Shown: positions 49,701-61,785 of the stretch, piece after piece
Position numbering within the stretch: the first letter of the stretch is position 1
How the letters are laid out: each line of letters begins with the position of its first letter
Origin: Raillietiella orientalis
Taxonomy: Eukaryota
Assembly: GCA_036172245.1 (NCBI GenBank)
Contig: JAYWIR010000044.1
Coordinates: forward strand, 1,426,001-1,490,000
DNA: 64,000 nt
Direction of reading: 5' to 3'
Notes under the pieces: model-generated
Databases searched by the model: none
What the model was told of the DNA's origin: nothing
The model's input: the letters and a program-made list of their open reading frames with translations, nothing else
Translations under genes and position numbers: made by a program

Positions 49701-52700
49701 TCACCGTCCCGCGTCGCTATTCTTCCAGGTGCGGAGAGGGGGGTGGAGGGAGGGAACGAGGGGGAGGGGAGGAGGAGGAGGAGGGAGAGAGGAGGGAGGG
49801 GAAGAAACACCGGGATCGGACGGGGCGGGTAGGGACGGGGAGCACCGGGATCGTCGCGCCGCGGCTGCCGCGGAGCGCGCACTCGCGCCGTCCGGACGGC
49901 CGACGGGAAAAAAAATCGCTCCGCGTTGCCTAGGAGACCCGTGGGACGGACGCCGCGGGGGAAACGCGGCGGCAGCGAGGGAAAGGAGGGGGGAGGGGGG
50001 GAAGTGGGTCGCGCGCGCGAGAGAGAGGAGGAGGAGGAGGAGGGGCTGGGCGGAGCCGCTGTGGCTGGTCGCCCGCTCTTCGTCGCGCTGCCACTGGCTG
50101 ATGCCGCCCCGCGAGCTCCGCGAGGTCACCTTGGCGCCCGCCGCCGGGGGCTGACCGTGGAGGCGGACGGCGTGCGCGCGCATCACCTTCGAGCGGCGAG
50201 CGGGAGGTTGGCGGAAGGGTCGTCCTCTGCCGACCTCTCCGCGGTCAGCCCCCGGGGCGGCCTTCCTCCTGCGTGTGAAGGGCAGGCACGAGGCTCCGGA
50301 GCGGTCGCGGCCCGGATCGGGATCTTCGTCCCCCTCCTTTCGGACTTCCCCGACGGCGCTGACCCCGACCTCCATCTGTCCACCAGCGCACCTTCCGCCC
50401 GAGGGCATTTCCCGGTCTCTGGAACCCGCGCCTTCCTCCTTCTTCCGGCGCAGGCGGAGCGGCGGGGTCGACCCGCCAGGTCAACGCACCCTCTCCCTGC
50501 CTCGCCCCATGATCCGGGGGCTTCCACCTCACCGGGCCGCACGCCGGATGGAAGGAGGCGGCGAGTCTCCCCCCTCCCCCTCCGCGAAGTTCCCGCGGGA
50601 AGGGAAGGAGAGGGTGGCCGGGGCAGGGGAGGGTCTGCCGCCCCTGCGCCGGTTCATCGGCCCGCGCCCTACCGCCGCTGCCGGCGGTAGTGTGTCAGCC
50701 ACGGAGGAACGAGTCCCCCTGGGGGGAGGAAGAAGTGGGAAGACGAGAGCGCGCGCTCCTCCCCCGCCCTCCCATCGCCAGGAGCGACCGCTGGAGGGCC
50801 GCCTGCCCGGCTACAGCGCGCCGAGGGAACGGCCACGGCCCGAACGACTCCCTATGACCCCTCCCGCATCGTCGCCGTCGTCAAGGGCAGCGGACCGCTC
50901 CCGGGGGACGCGCGGCTGCGAGGGACGCGGCCGTGCGACATCCAGAAGCGAGCGCCGGTCTGGAACCTCCGGGCGCCCCGAGGCCGCGGCCTTTTGGCCC
51001 GCTCCCCTTCTCCGATGCATTCCCGAGATTTTTATCTCCGGTAGAGGAAACAAAAGGGAAAGTCGAGCGGATTTGCTTTGATTTAGGATGGTCCGAGAGA
51101 AGCGCGGAGCGAGGCAGGGAGGCGCTCCGTTGCATGGCAACGAGGCCAGAGGACCCGTTTTATTGCCCGGCGCAAGTAGAAGGCTATTGCGCAGGTGCAT
51201 CCCTGGGGGAAATCGCAGAACAATCGTTGGCCGAGGGAGCTTCCCCGGCCCCGGAGTGGAAGGGACACACCACGGAAGCGGCAACGGTCGCCTAGGCCCG
51301 GTCCCTTTTCTTCTGAGTGCCGCCGTGAAATTGGAAGATGGCGGCCGTATTTTTTTTCTTTCTTTTTTTTTAAAACCCACCCACCTCCTCCTAGCAGCAC
51401 CTCCGAGCGCTGCCGCCATCTGCCGCCAGCGAGCACAGCCCTCACGCGCGTTCTTTTTGTCCATTTTCATTCCGGGCGGTCGTTGTCTCCGTTTCAGGAA
51501 TGGAACGGGCAGGAAGCAGCTCTTTTTCTCCTAGGTGTGCCCACCGCGTGCGCTGCTTTCCCTTGGGCTTGACGCGTCCCCTCTTCTTTTTCTTTTTCTT
51601 CTTTCGAAGGGGGCACGCGACCCGGATGCGTGAAAGGTCTTCCTTGTACAGGCAGCAGCAGCAGCAGTCCATGCCCAGTTGCGCAAGCCCCGTCCACACC
51701 TGGACGCTCCCACCGACTTGGACCTCATCCATCTTTTCCGCGGCGGGAGTGGGAAGGTCGTCGGCTAGCCGTACGTACCCCCACTCGGCACGCCTCCTCC
51801 ATTCGATTTTCTGGAATCACCCAGCCTTCGTTTCGTGCGTCGCTTTCCTCGAGATCCCGTTTCAGTCTCCTATATGAAGGGGATGAGGGAGAATCCCGCA
51901 CGCTCTGAAACATCCCATTCCAACTTCCTTCTGCGTGGCTCCCCAACGTTCCGAGGGCAGTGCACAACTCTGGGAGGGAAGGAACAGGGACGGCTGGCTG
52001 GCTTATCCGGCGCACTTCCGAGTTCGCGAAGGCGGAACACATCCATGGCAACCTTCTCGAGAAACAGAAGATGGAGGAGAAAAGGGGGGAGCGCCGAAGC
52101 ACCTTCACCCTCTCCCACTCTGACGCCGACCAGGGGAAGTGATGTCCCTCTCCCCCCCACTCGACCACGCCCACCCGTCCTTCGCACGCCCACCTATCGT
52201 AGGAACCAGTCGGAAGAACGTGTCTCCGCACCACACCAAAGTGCGCGGAGATGCCGCCACACCCCGCTGGCTGCTGCTTTTTTTTCTTCTTTCATTCGGT
52301 TGGTCTTCTAACGGATACTCGCGCATGCTGGGACGATCGGCTAACGTCGCAGGAGAAGCCGCGTGATGCACAAACCTGGAAAGGGGGAGAGTTTCGAACC
52401 CACTCCCCTTCGGTTGGTGTCTCCACTCGTGGCGCAGCGAGTTGGAGCTGCTTGCCGCGTTGAGGGCGCTTGTCCAGGCATTTATCCAAATTGCATTTCA
52501 CGAACGGCAAGCTGGACAAGCGGACTGCCGCCGAGGCTGCAGACGCCCGGCCGACGGATCCAGACGGACGACTAGCACTGAGCGCTCCTGCCGCGCCGCG
52601 CACCGGAGCAAACCTGATTCGCCCGGCCTTCTTCCAAGGAACCTCGAGTTTTCGGGAACCCGCCGGGCTCCCGGAAACTCCGACCACGACTCTGCGGCCT

Positions 52701-53050
52701 GGACTCCTTCTCATCACTTGGGAGCGGCGGATCGTCACGCCTCTTGGCGGTGAGGCCTCTGTGATTTCCCTCCCGCGCACCCCCATGAACCTCCTGCGCA
52801 GGCGGCCTGCAAGCGCCGAGATTTCCCTCCCATCCAAAGAGCGGGCATGCATCCGAGCGCTCACGAGAGTTGCCTAAGCAACGATGAGCGCTTTCGGGCG
52901 CGCCGCTTCAAACGACCGCGTGCACCCGTGTCGAGGTGAACGAAGCCCTCTTTCCGAGGGCGGCTCAGGAGCCCATGCTGAGTCGGTGGGCTCGGCCGCT
53001 TGCATCTTGGCGTACCCACGGTGGTTTCCCTCCTCCCTTGCTTGAAGGCG
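46800..53050. other. GC/CpG-rich island without recognisable coding content; contains polypurine G-rich tracts
   Basis: Visibly very GC-rich with abundant CpG, unlike the AT-rich, CpG-poor RPL36 and DENND4 regions. Long ORFs occur in all six frames and are Arg/Pro/Gly-rich. Boundaries approximate. Confidence 0.6.
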
Positions 53051-56000
53051 GCGTTTCTTCTCGTCTCTCAATGAGGTTCGTGCCGTTACATGGCTCGGCC
53101 CCCTTCCTTGCTTTTATTCATTTATGGCCATTTCATTTCCTTTTGTCGCTGTTTTATTTTGTGTGTATGTACGTTTCTTTTTTTTTTTTTTTTCTTGTTC
53201 TAAACGGTCGCAATCGTTACGATTCCGGCAGACTGGGACGGCGCCATTTTTACCTAACGATAATCGCTCTGTTCCCTGCTCTTGTTAGCGCGCGTTTTTT
53301 TCTTCGCTTCTTCCGTGAGTGAGGAGCGCAACCATTTGGAACGACCGAATTCACGATACCGAATGTTTTCCGCTCGGTTTTTTCTTTTCCCTCCCATGCC
53401 GGGAAAAAAAAAAAAAAAAAATGCAGGTTTCGTGAAACCTTGAAGCGCGTGGCCAAAGTTTTTGCATCCCAACGGAAATTTTCGGAACAGCTTTAGAAAG
53501 CACACACGACAAGCACCACCAACCATTTCTTCCGAGATTGCACCGGAAGAAATGTAATCGCCTCTTTTCCACAGTTTCGCAAAGTAAAAGTTTTCGTTCC
53601 AGCCCGCTGGGCCTTTCCTCTGGAGAAAGAAGTCTCCGTGGCGAAACCGCGCTCGTGCTCTTCAGGAGAAAGCGAAAACTCGGTTTTCGCCACTGCGACC
53701 TCGGCACCCGGGAAGCGATCCGGAGCGAAAGAACGGCCGGAGAGACCCGCGGTCGCGGGCCAGATGGGGGCGCAGGGGTGACCCGCCCCCGCCGTTCACA
53801 CGGCAACGAGCGCGCAACGCTTCGGGGGGGTGGAGGGGTGGACGCTAGGAGCGCACGTCTATGCTGCCACGGGAACGGATGGTGGCGCGCGGTCGGTCGG
53901 GGTCACTCCTTTGCAGGCACGATTCGGAGCCCTTTCCCTCCCCATCCTCCTTGAACGAACCTCGGCATGTGAGGATCTCCAATCACCTGTTCATCCCTTC
54001 GAATGTACCGCTCTACAGGTGCAAGCACGTGCCTGTGGAGTATTTTCTTGACGCCTGGCGCGCTTTTCCCGCCATGGTGGCTGCTGGGTTCGCCATTGCT
54101 CCGACGAAGATTCGCTCGCAAGAGGATGGAGGGGAGACGGAAAGGAAGGAAGGCGTGAAAAGGGCGAAAATCCTACGGCGAAGATAACGGTGCGCGGCCG
54201 CAGGCCAAGTTTTCGACTCTGAGCATGGAACGCTTGCGGACAACTTAAGACCCAGAAGACACCACCCAAAAGGCACCAACCCGTCCAAGAGATCAGCAGC
54301 AGACACGTGGTAGAGGGCGACGTGAAACCGAAGGACCTTGTGCTGTTACGATGTCTTCATTAAAGACGAAAAATGCAGGTTTGCCTGCTTTCGCTCAGAA
54401 GGAAGACGTCATTGCTCGGAGGTGGACGAATCCCGCATTTTAGCTGCCTTCACTCAATGAGGATGATTACAATAAATGAAGGGAAGCAGCAGTGAACCGG
54501 AAACGCCGACTCTTCGATCTCCTGAAACATGAGCGAATGAATAAGTTTCCCTTAACTAGGAAGGCATCCTGACCTTTCTCAGCTTTTTCTTGCTCATCTT
54601 CCCGAGCTTCCTCTTCCCGACCCCAGCTTCGCGAAGTCCCCTTGTCCTTAAACCATCGCCGTTTCTCCCACGAGAAACGCACGATAAATTCACGAGGCAC
54701 GCATAAAGCAGCTCTGTCTGTATCACACTTGACGCTCGCCGAGGCCAACTCAACATGTGTTACTCTGATGCAGGTTGTTTCATGGCAGCCAATCCACGTC
54801 TCTCAATCACGTAAGAAGAGCGGCAAAACCAGGCGAAACCCGAAACTTGAGGTCATCTCGGATGCTCCTCGTGGGGCATTCTGCCTCGTTTGCTGCCGGC
54901 CGCTAAGCAACGAACGGGGCTTCCGATTTCGGGATGCCCCCCCCCCCATTCTGCTTGAAAACCCCGGACGGCGGCATTGCTCGTCTCACTGATGATGGCC
55001 TTTACATAGCATGCTGATGGCTTGCAGCAATATGGAGCAAGTGCGTGTATTTCGCCTCGGTCCTGTCAAAGGCACTCGGGCTGGAAACGCCTTCTTCCTT
55101 CTCTCCCATTCTGCTCCCGATTCGAAAGCTTTTCTGCGGAGGCAGAACCGAGTTCTGCACGCTTCCGAGAACAGGAGCAGCGAGCGGTCAGCGGTTCAGA
55201 TCTACCGGAGACGGAGAACAAGAGATGCTCGAACCGGTGCACGGGTGCATCATGAGACCATCTCCCATGCCACCGATTTTGTGCTACACCAGTGAGGTGA
55301 CTGGACATCCCGTCGGGAAGGAAGCGCTTAAGAAGAGCGGAAAACCCGGATGAAACTCGACCACGAAATGTGAGGTCATCTGTGAGGCTAATGCAAATCC
55401 GGGCACGAGGAAGCAACAAATGGACGAAGCCCTTCGGATTATCATCCGTTCGATGGCAGCTGACCACCTCTTCTGATGAAAGAGAAGCGATGATGATGTG
55501 TATGAAATTGGTAATGATTTAATCCACTTTGCGTTGCGCAACCTGCAGCAAATCAAAAGGAAAATTTTCTGTTGCCAGGAGGCAACTTTTCACTTTTCAC
55601 AAAGAGGAGGGGGGGAGGGGAAAGGAAAGAAAAGAAAAGAAAGAAAAAGTAAAAGAAAAAAAAAACACACATTTCACCTAAGGAAGATCTCCTATGCAAC
55701 TTTTTATCACCACACAGCTTAATAGGAAGAATTTCTAAGCTTACTTTGAGGTTGCACCGAACTGCTAAACGTCGTCCAAAAATTCTTTTTCCCAAACCAT
55801 CGTCACAAAAAGACAAAAAAAAAAAAAAGCACGAGACGTCCAGTAGAGTAAAAAAAAAAAAAAAAAAAAAAACTTTTGTGCCACTGGTTGCAAAGAAGAC
55901 CGTTTTGAGAGTTTGCACTTGATCAAACCGAGTCTAGCAGTGGGGGTGGGGGGGAGGGAAGCCTGGAAGAATTTTCAATCGATTTCACACTGACCTTAAG

Positions 56001-56964
56001 AATGCCCGTGCATTCCGAAGCACGCGTGGTTTCAAAAGTGTCCAGAACACACGCAAGGACTTCCCAAACAAATTTCGTACACTCATTTCAATAAATCATG
56101 ATTAGAAGGTCCTCAATGTGGCAGCGCATGACTCCTGATTCACATTTTTCGACTTGAGCGTGCTGCAGAACGCTTTTTTTTTTTATCATTCAGAAATCAC
56201 AGTGAGGTCATTCTGAGCCAGACACCTTAATATAAAAAGGACCCTTGCAAAATCCTGCACATACCTTGAAAAGGAGCAAAAGGAATTCCACAAGTAACAC
56301 GGTCCACTTTGTCAAACGTAGTGCTGATGCGAAATCTTGCTTTGAGGTCACCTTTTTGGGTTTCTCCTGGGTCAGCTCGGAATTTCCGTGACGGGGATGC
56401 ATTTGGGGTTCTTCGCGGTTCCTCCGCACGGCAGAAAAAGGGAGAATTAGAAGGAGAAGAGGAAGAAGAGGAAAGCTCCCATCCTCGGCTAAAGGCTGAG
56501 TGCTCTGCAAGATGCCTCCTTGCGTCGGATGCATGCTGCGATCTGGTTCGTTTCCACGGGAAACATCCCGCGCCTCTCTCCTTCCGCGGGTTCGATTCAT
56601 GCCATGGAATGCAGTTGTTGCTCCATCACCACACCTCATCGTTCGACTGCGCCGAGTGGTCGAGTGATAAAACATCTTTTCTTCGTGTTGCAGCCATCTC
56701 GAATTGCGACAATCTTTCGAACTTTCCAGGCGTGTTCAGTACAACGCCGAAACACGTTATTTAAAAATCAGTCATGTCGTACTCCAAACCTTCAAGGTTA
56801 TCGTGATTCTGCTTAAACATTAGTCTTTGGGGGGAGGGGGGGGGGTATTTATTTTTCAAACACTCAGGAAATATCTGCTTGAGTATCCTTGACTGTGCTG
56901 TCAATCAATTTTTAAATGCACGCAACCATTTGGTGTGCTTCGCTTCCAGTTCGAAAGAGTGCGA

Positions 56965-56988
56965 CTCTCTCTCTCTCTCTCTCTCTCT
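56965..56988. repeat. (CT)12 microsatellite
   Basis: Read directly. Confidence 0.9.
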
Positions 56989-57652
56989 TTCTCTGTTCCA
57001 TTAATTTTCTGAATGTACAACGTGCTTTGGGTTGTATTTTTAGGGCCCTTGATTGAATCAGATATTTTCAACCGCCTTTTCAGCACCATCACTTCGAGTA
57101 CTCCAAGCTGATAAAAATTGCCATTGAGATAAAAAAAAAAAAAAAAAAAAAAATTCTTTTCTTAGCTTTGCCTACGCAGGAAAGGTCCGATTTTCTTTGC
57201 TTTACCAAACTGTTAAAACCGTAATTCGAGAATCAGCTGTTGGAATCACTGTGGCAGCAAATGGAAAGAGAAGCGCAGGTGCCAACTGTGGGTTTTTTTT
57301 TTGTCAAAGCTTGCGTGTACACAATGGTGAACGCACAGTATTTTTTCTTGAAGTACGGAAAAAAGGAAAGAAGGCGGCGGGCGAGCTTTGGAAAGTCAGG
57401 ATGCCCAACACCCGAATGTCCAACACTCGCTCTGTTGAAAACGAAAGTCTCCACAGGGCTATCCCGCGTCCCCTTCCCCCCACTCCCCTCCACTTTCTAC
57501 AAATAGAAACAGGTAAACGAGACTGCTATGCTCAAGAAGTCAAAATATCCAACGTCTGTAAACGTGGAGGCACTGTATAGGTCACGATGTACATTCACGT
57601 GCCGTCTAGCTGCAAGGAGTTGAATTTTTACCACATGGGTCACCCAATTCTA

Positions 57653-57668
57653 ACGTACGTACGTACGT
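57653..57668. repeat. (ACGT)4 self-complementary microsatellite
   Basis: ACGTACGTACGTACGT read directly. Confidence 0.85.
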
Positions 57669-60111
57669 AGGTAGGTGGTTGGTTGTCTATGAGCGTGCCG
57701 CCAAGGTTCCATACTTGCATAGAAGAGCGGCTCGAAGTCATCAGTGGGTTGGCTCGTCTGATCTTGCCAGTCCATCGATAAAGAAGAAAAAAAAAAAAAA
57801 AGAAAGGAGAAAAAAAGGAAAAAGAGAGAAACTGCAGCTGTTCTTCGATCGAGAGTAAGACACTTTACACGTCAGAGCAACTTGAAAGAGCGAGACACGT
57901 ACGTGGCTCCGAGATTGCATGCGACCACAGATATGGAGTAAAGCTGGTACGGTGCTGCTATCAGGTGTCAGCAAGCAAATGATCACAACTTCATGAACGT
58001 CCCACAGCCGATACCAGAGAAGCAAACTATAGCTATAAAAACACCTGAATTTTCGATTTATAATTTAAAAGAACGCTAGGAGTGGAGGATGTAATAAAAG
58101 AGCACAGAATGTACGTTAAATTGAGGCCACATCTGGCGCTTCCTTCACTAACTGTAAGCACAATCAAGGGCTTCTGCAAACAAAACACATCGAATTAGCA
58201 ATTTTCACTTTGTGTTGTGTTATCACTCCCATTTGGCAACGTTCTCCAGCTGAAGGGGTATTTGGCAGCAATCAGGCAAAAGTGGATTGCTTTCTTTAAC
58301 AAAAGACTGAAAATTTTCCCACGTTTAGTTTCAGGCATCCAAAACTATAGAATCATTCTTTTGTGAAGCTTCCTGTACATGTCAATGCTTTGTCGTGTAC
58401 ACCCGAACAAAGAAACCAGGACCGAATCACCTTAAAGTCAGATGAGGCCGTCAGGTAAGCGATTCTAGGAATCCCATAAATCAATAAAAATGGAATATGA
58501 CGCACAGCTGTTTTAAATGTAAATGGGAAGAACCAGACAATTGCCCTCCAAATTTCCTTGCACATCCACCTTTCGTCGAATAGGTTCGCCTATTAAACCT
58601 GAGGTCTTCCTCCCGGAGCTGACTGCACTGAATGTGTGCAACAAATTCTCGTTCCTGTGAGTGAACATTCTCTCCTGATACCTCGAAGAAATGCTGGTAG
58701 GAGCAGCACCTCGAAGGAAATCATGTAAGCTATTCACCTGAAGCCCAAAGCACGGGAAGAAGGACTTGCAAAGTGAAAACCCATCAAAGTATACCAGCAA
58801 TTTGCTGGTAATAGGAGACTACGGCCTTTCCCAAAGAAGATACGTACAGATTCTTTATTTGAATTCATCTAAGTACTCGATTCCCTTCATTTATTAGGAG
58901 ATATTTGACCGGCCTTTTTAAAATTTGCGTTTATAAAAGACAAAAGTGAAATTCCGGTGATGTGCGTGGGGAAAAGGGGTTGAGAAATAGCAAAAACATT
59001 TAATGCTGTTGACACTCGTCATCCAACTGCTTGAATGCAAAAGCAAGCTTTTTAAACGTATTGAGGCTTTAACACTGAAGAACTTTTGGATTCGCACTTT
59101 TTGATTTAAGATGAAACTGCGGGAATGACTCTGAGTATATAAAATGCACGACAGTACTGACACTTAAGCCTACGGCTATCCGAATTACTTTCAAAACAAA
59201 GTGACTGAATGAGTTGGGATTTTTGTTTACGTTTTCGAGTTTTCACCTTCCCTAAAAGGGAGAAAACATGTAGTCAGCAAAAATATGCATAAATGGGTTG
59301 ATTCGTGGGAGCTGCTGGCATTGATTCGGTTGAAGAAGCTGTTTAGCATGGCTGAAACTAGACATGGCTCAAAGAAAGGTAAAGGAATGAAAACATTAAT
59401 CCATACCTTGCACTTCTATCCCCCTCTAGTCTGGTGGCTTTTTCCTTTTCTTTTTCTTCCTTCTTTTTCTTCGGAAAGGAAAGCGGGTAGGAGAAAGGGG
59501 GCCCTCGTTGACCGTAAAATTGCGTTGGAAGAGACCCTTGAAGCTGGATCGCAAACAACTCCCACGACTACTTATAAACTTTTTTTTATTGTGTACGAAT
59601 AATTTTTGAAATTGAGTCATAAACTGAAGTGCCCTGATTTTTGTATGAAAATTTCAACGTATATATGTGTGAATTTATAACACCCGTAAAGGCAGTTTTG
59701 TCAAAAGCATGCCCTTACATGTGCATGCACCACGAGAAAGAATCAGTTGTCTTTCGTATATATTCCACAAAAACTTCGGGAGAATGTTCAAACGCCGAAG
59801 AGAGAAATTTCACAGCAAAACACAATCACAGATGCAATCTTATGCTTAACCAACTCTACAAAGTGCATCTGGTCATTTCAGCCAAAAAAAAAAAATCGAT
59901 AAACCTATCATATGGGTATGCAACCGGAAGTACACATACATCTGTTTATATGTATTACAATGGCCAAGGAACGTTTTCCAAAAGACATCTATTAAACAGG
60001 GGGATCATGATATCGACTGCTGAGTAGGTTCAACAAAATTGGCTACCTTACATAAATGTTGATAAAATATAGAACTCGTAGTGTCATGTTCATGCTTCAT
60101 GTAAGCCATGC

Positions 60112-60132
60112 ATATATATATATATATATATA
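60112..60132. repeat. (AT)10 microsatellite
   Basis: Read directly. Confidence 0.9.
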
Positions 60133-61672
60133 CCAAATCACATATTCACTATATGTACAAGGTTCTATATTCAAAATGTAGGGCGACGAAAGACCACAGA
60201 GGGCAGGGCAAAAGTTTGAGGCAGTTATTAACGCGGAATCAGTGGTAAAAACGACACAGCCCCCTAAATTTGGGAAGGATGATCACGTGAATATACATGG
60301 TTGTCTTTCCAGTCTCTCAATTCCCTCGCTAAGCCATCAAATGGAGCAAGTTGGTAAAGGCTGGATGACTTTGCAAATGGGATGGCGTAAAGAAGTAATC
60401 ACTGGAAAATGGTTGCACTTCCAGGCACCCAAAACTCGAAATGACAGAAAATACTGGGTGAATTCCTCTTATTGTGCGATTTCGATCTGTCCATCTTCCA
60501 CAAATGCTCGTGGCATTTATCTGCAGCAATGCAAACAGTCAGGATGATTCTAATCCACTGACTAGGAAATTATGCATGATCCAGTTACTGTTTTGAATCC
60601 CATCATGTTAATCAAAATGCAATCAGTCCCACTGAAAAGAGCTCCCCAAATGATTCCTTTCGAAATTCTCCACTTTTCCATTTCAATGCGCCCCCAGCAC
60701 TAAGTGTCAAATCTCCCATGAGACCTACGATTTGGAAGTATTCTGCTTAAATCATCCTAAACTTGTCACTCAAGGATTCATTTTTTTTTTTTTTTTTAAA
60801 TAATAATGCGACTGAAAGTAAAAATAGTAATGGATTTGTAGTGTCGAAGAAGAAAAAAGGCAAACAAAAGAACAGTACTTCAGCATTCCAAAGGTCAAAA
60901 GTACGGAAAAATAATATGATTCGAGGCAGGTTACCACTTTAGAGATTTTGCCTCAAGATTGGTGAAATACTCGGAAAGGGAGGAGGACGTCACACCTCGC
61001 ATGTTTTCTGGGATGTCCTCTAAGCTGCGCTTCATGGAGACGTGGCCAACACCTCTGAATTGGGAAAATGAAGAAAATCCATGCATTTCCACCACCCATA
61101 ATGCTTCGTGGAAGCAGGCCGGCCAACTTTCATTACGTAGCAGTGTAACCACATATTCTGAACTTCAGACGATTCTAAATTCCATTATGCATTTTCGATG
61201 CTTTTTTTATATACTGCAATGTTTCCCACTCCATACCACTTCCGATGCGTGGTCTGACTCCTTATCATGCAATCATAATCCTCCCATTTACACATTTGCC
61301 TTAAACATGCCAGCACTCTATTCGAGGGATTCGCCTTTGCTATTCGTTTCCAGTACACAAAATGGCACAAAACTGAAGACATTTCTTCTCCCTCCTCCCT
61401 TCTTTTTTTTTTTTTTTTTTTTTTTTTACAAAAAGGTACTCTTTGGAAGAAGATCTTTCGCAGCTCTTTTACGCACCCTGCTTCGCCTCTGCTTAGTTTT
61501 TGGTCCACAGATTGCACGAAAAGGTGGTCTGATTTGCGCTCGCTCCCATCACTTGCATCCACGCCTTCGTCTTTCCACAATCTCAGCAAAGACGAATATT
61601 AAAACGGGGCAGCAGCATACATAAACTCCCTTAAAAAGGCATTGATGATTACAAATATTATAAATTAAATAG

Positions 61673-61678
61673 TTTATT
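61673..61678 (-). terminator. Candidate AATAAA polyadenylation signal of the DENND4-like gene
   Basis: TTTATT on the plus strand, ~108 nt downstream of the minus-strand stop codon at 61786-61788. Confidence 0.5.
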
Positions 61679-61785
61679 AATGTGTAGCAGGTACTCTTCT
61701 CCATACTGAACATTTTGAGCTAAATAGAAAAAAGCACAACTACCACCGAAGGCAACAGGTTCCATGCAATAAAAATAATGGCTCT

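Noticed and set aside
46831..53322. Numerous 100-280 aa ORFs in the GC island as protein-coding genes
   Set aside because: They overlap in all six frames, are Arg/Pro/Gly/Ser-rich as expected from base composition, and show no domain motif or coherent splice structure.
58334..58453. Candidate internal exon (TTTCAG...GTAAGC)
   Set aside because: All three frames contain a stop codon and the translations are unrecognisable.
59168..59185. 5S rRNA start (GCCTACGGC...)
   Set aside because: Similarity stops after ~9 nt and there is no internal control region.
60959..61624. 221-aa plus-strand ORF
   Set aside because: It runs through a poly-T tract (poly-Phe), has no motif, and lies in the 3' flank of the DENND4-like gene.
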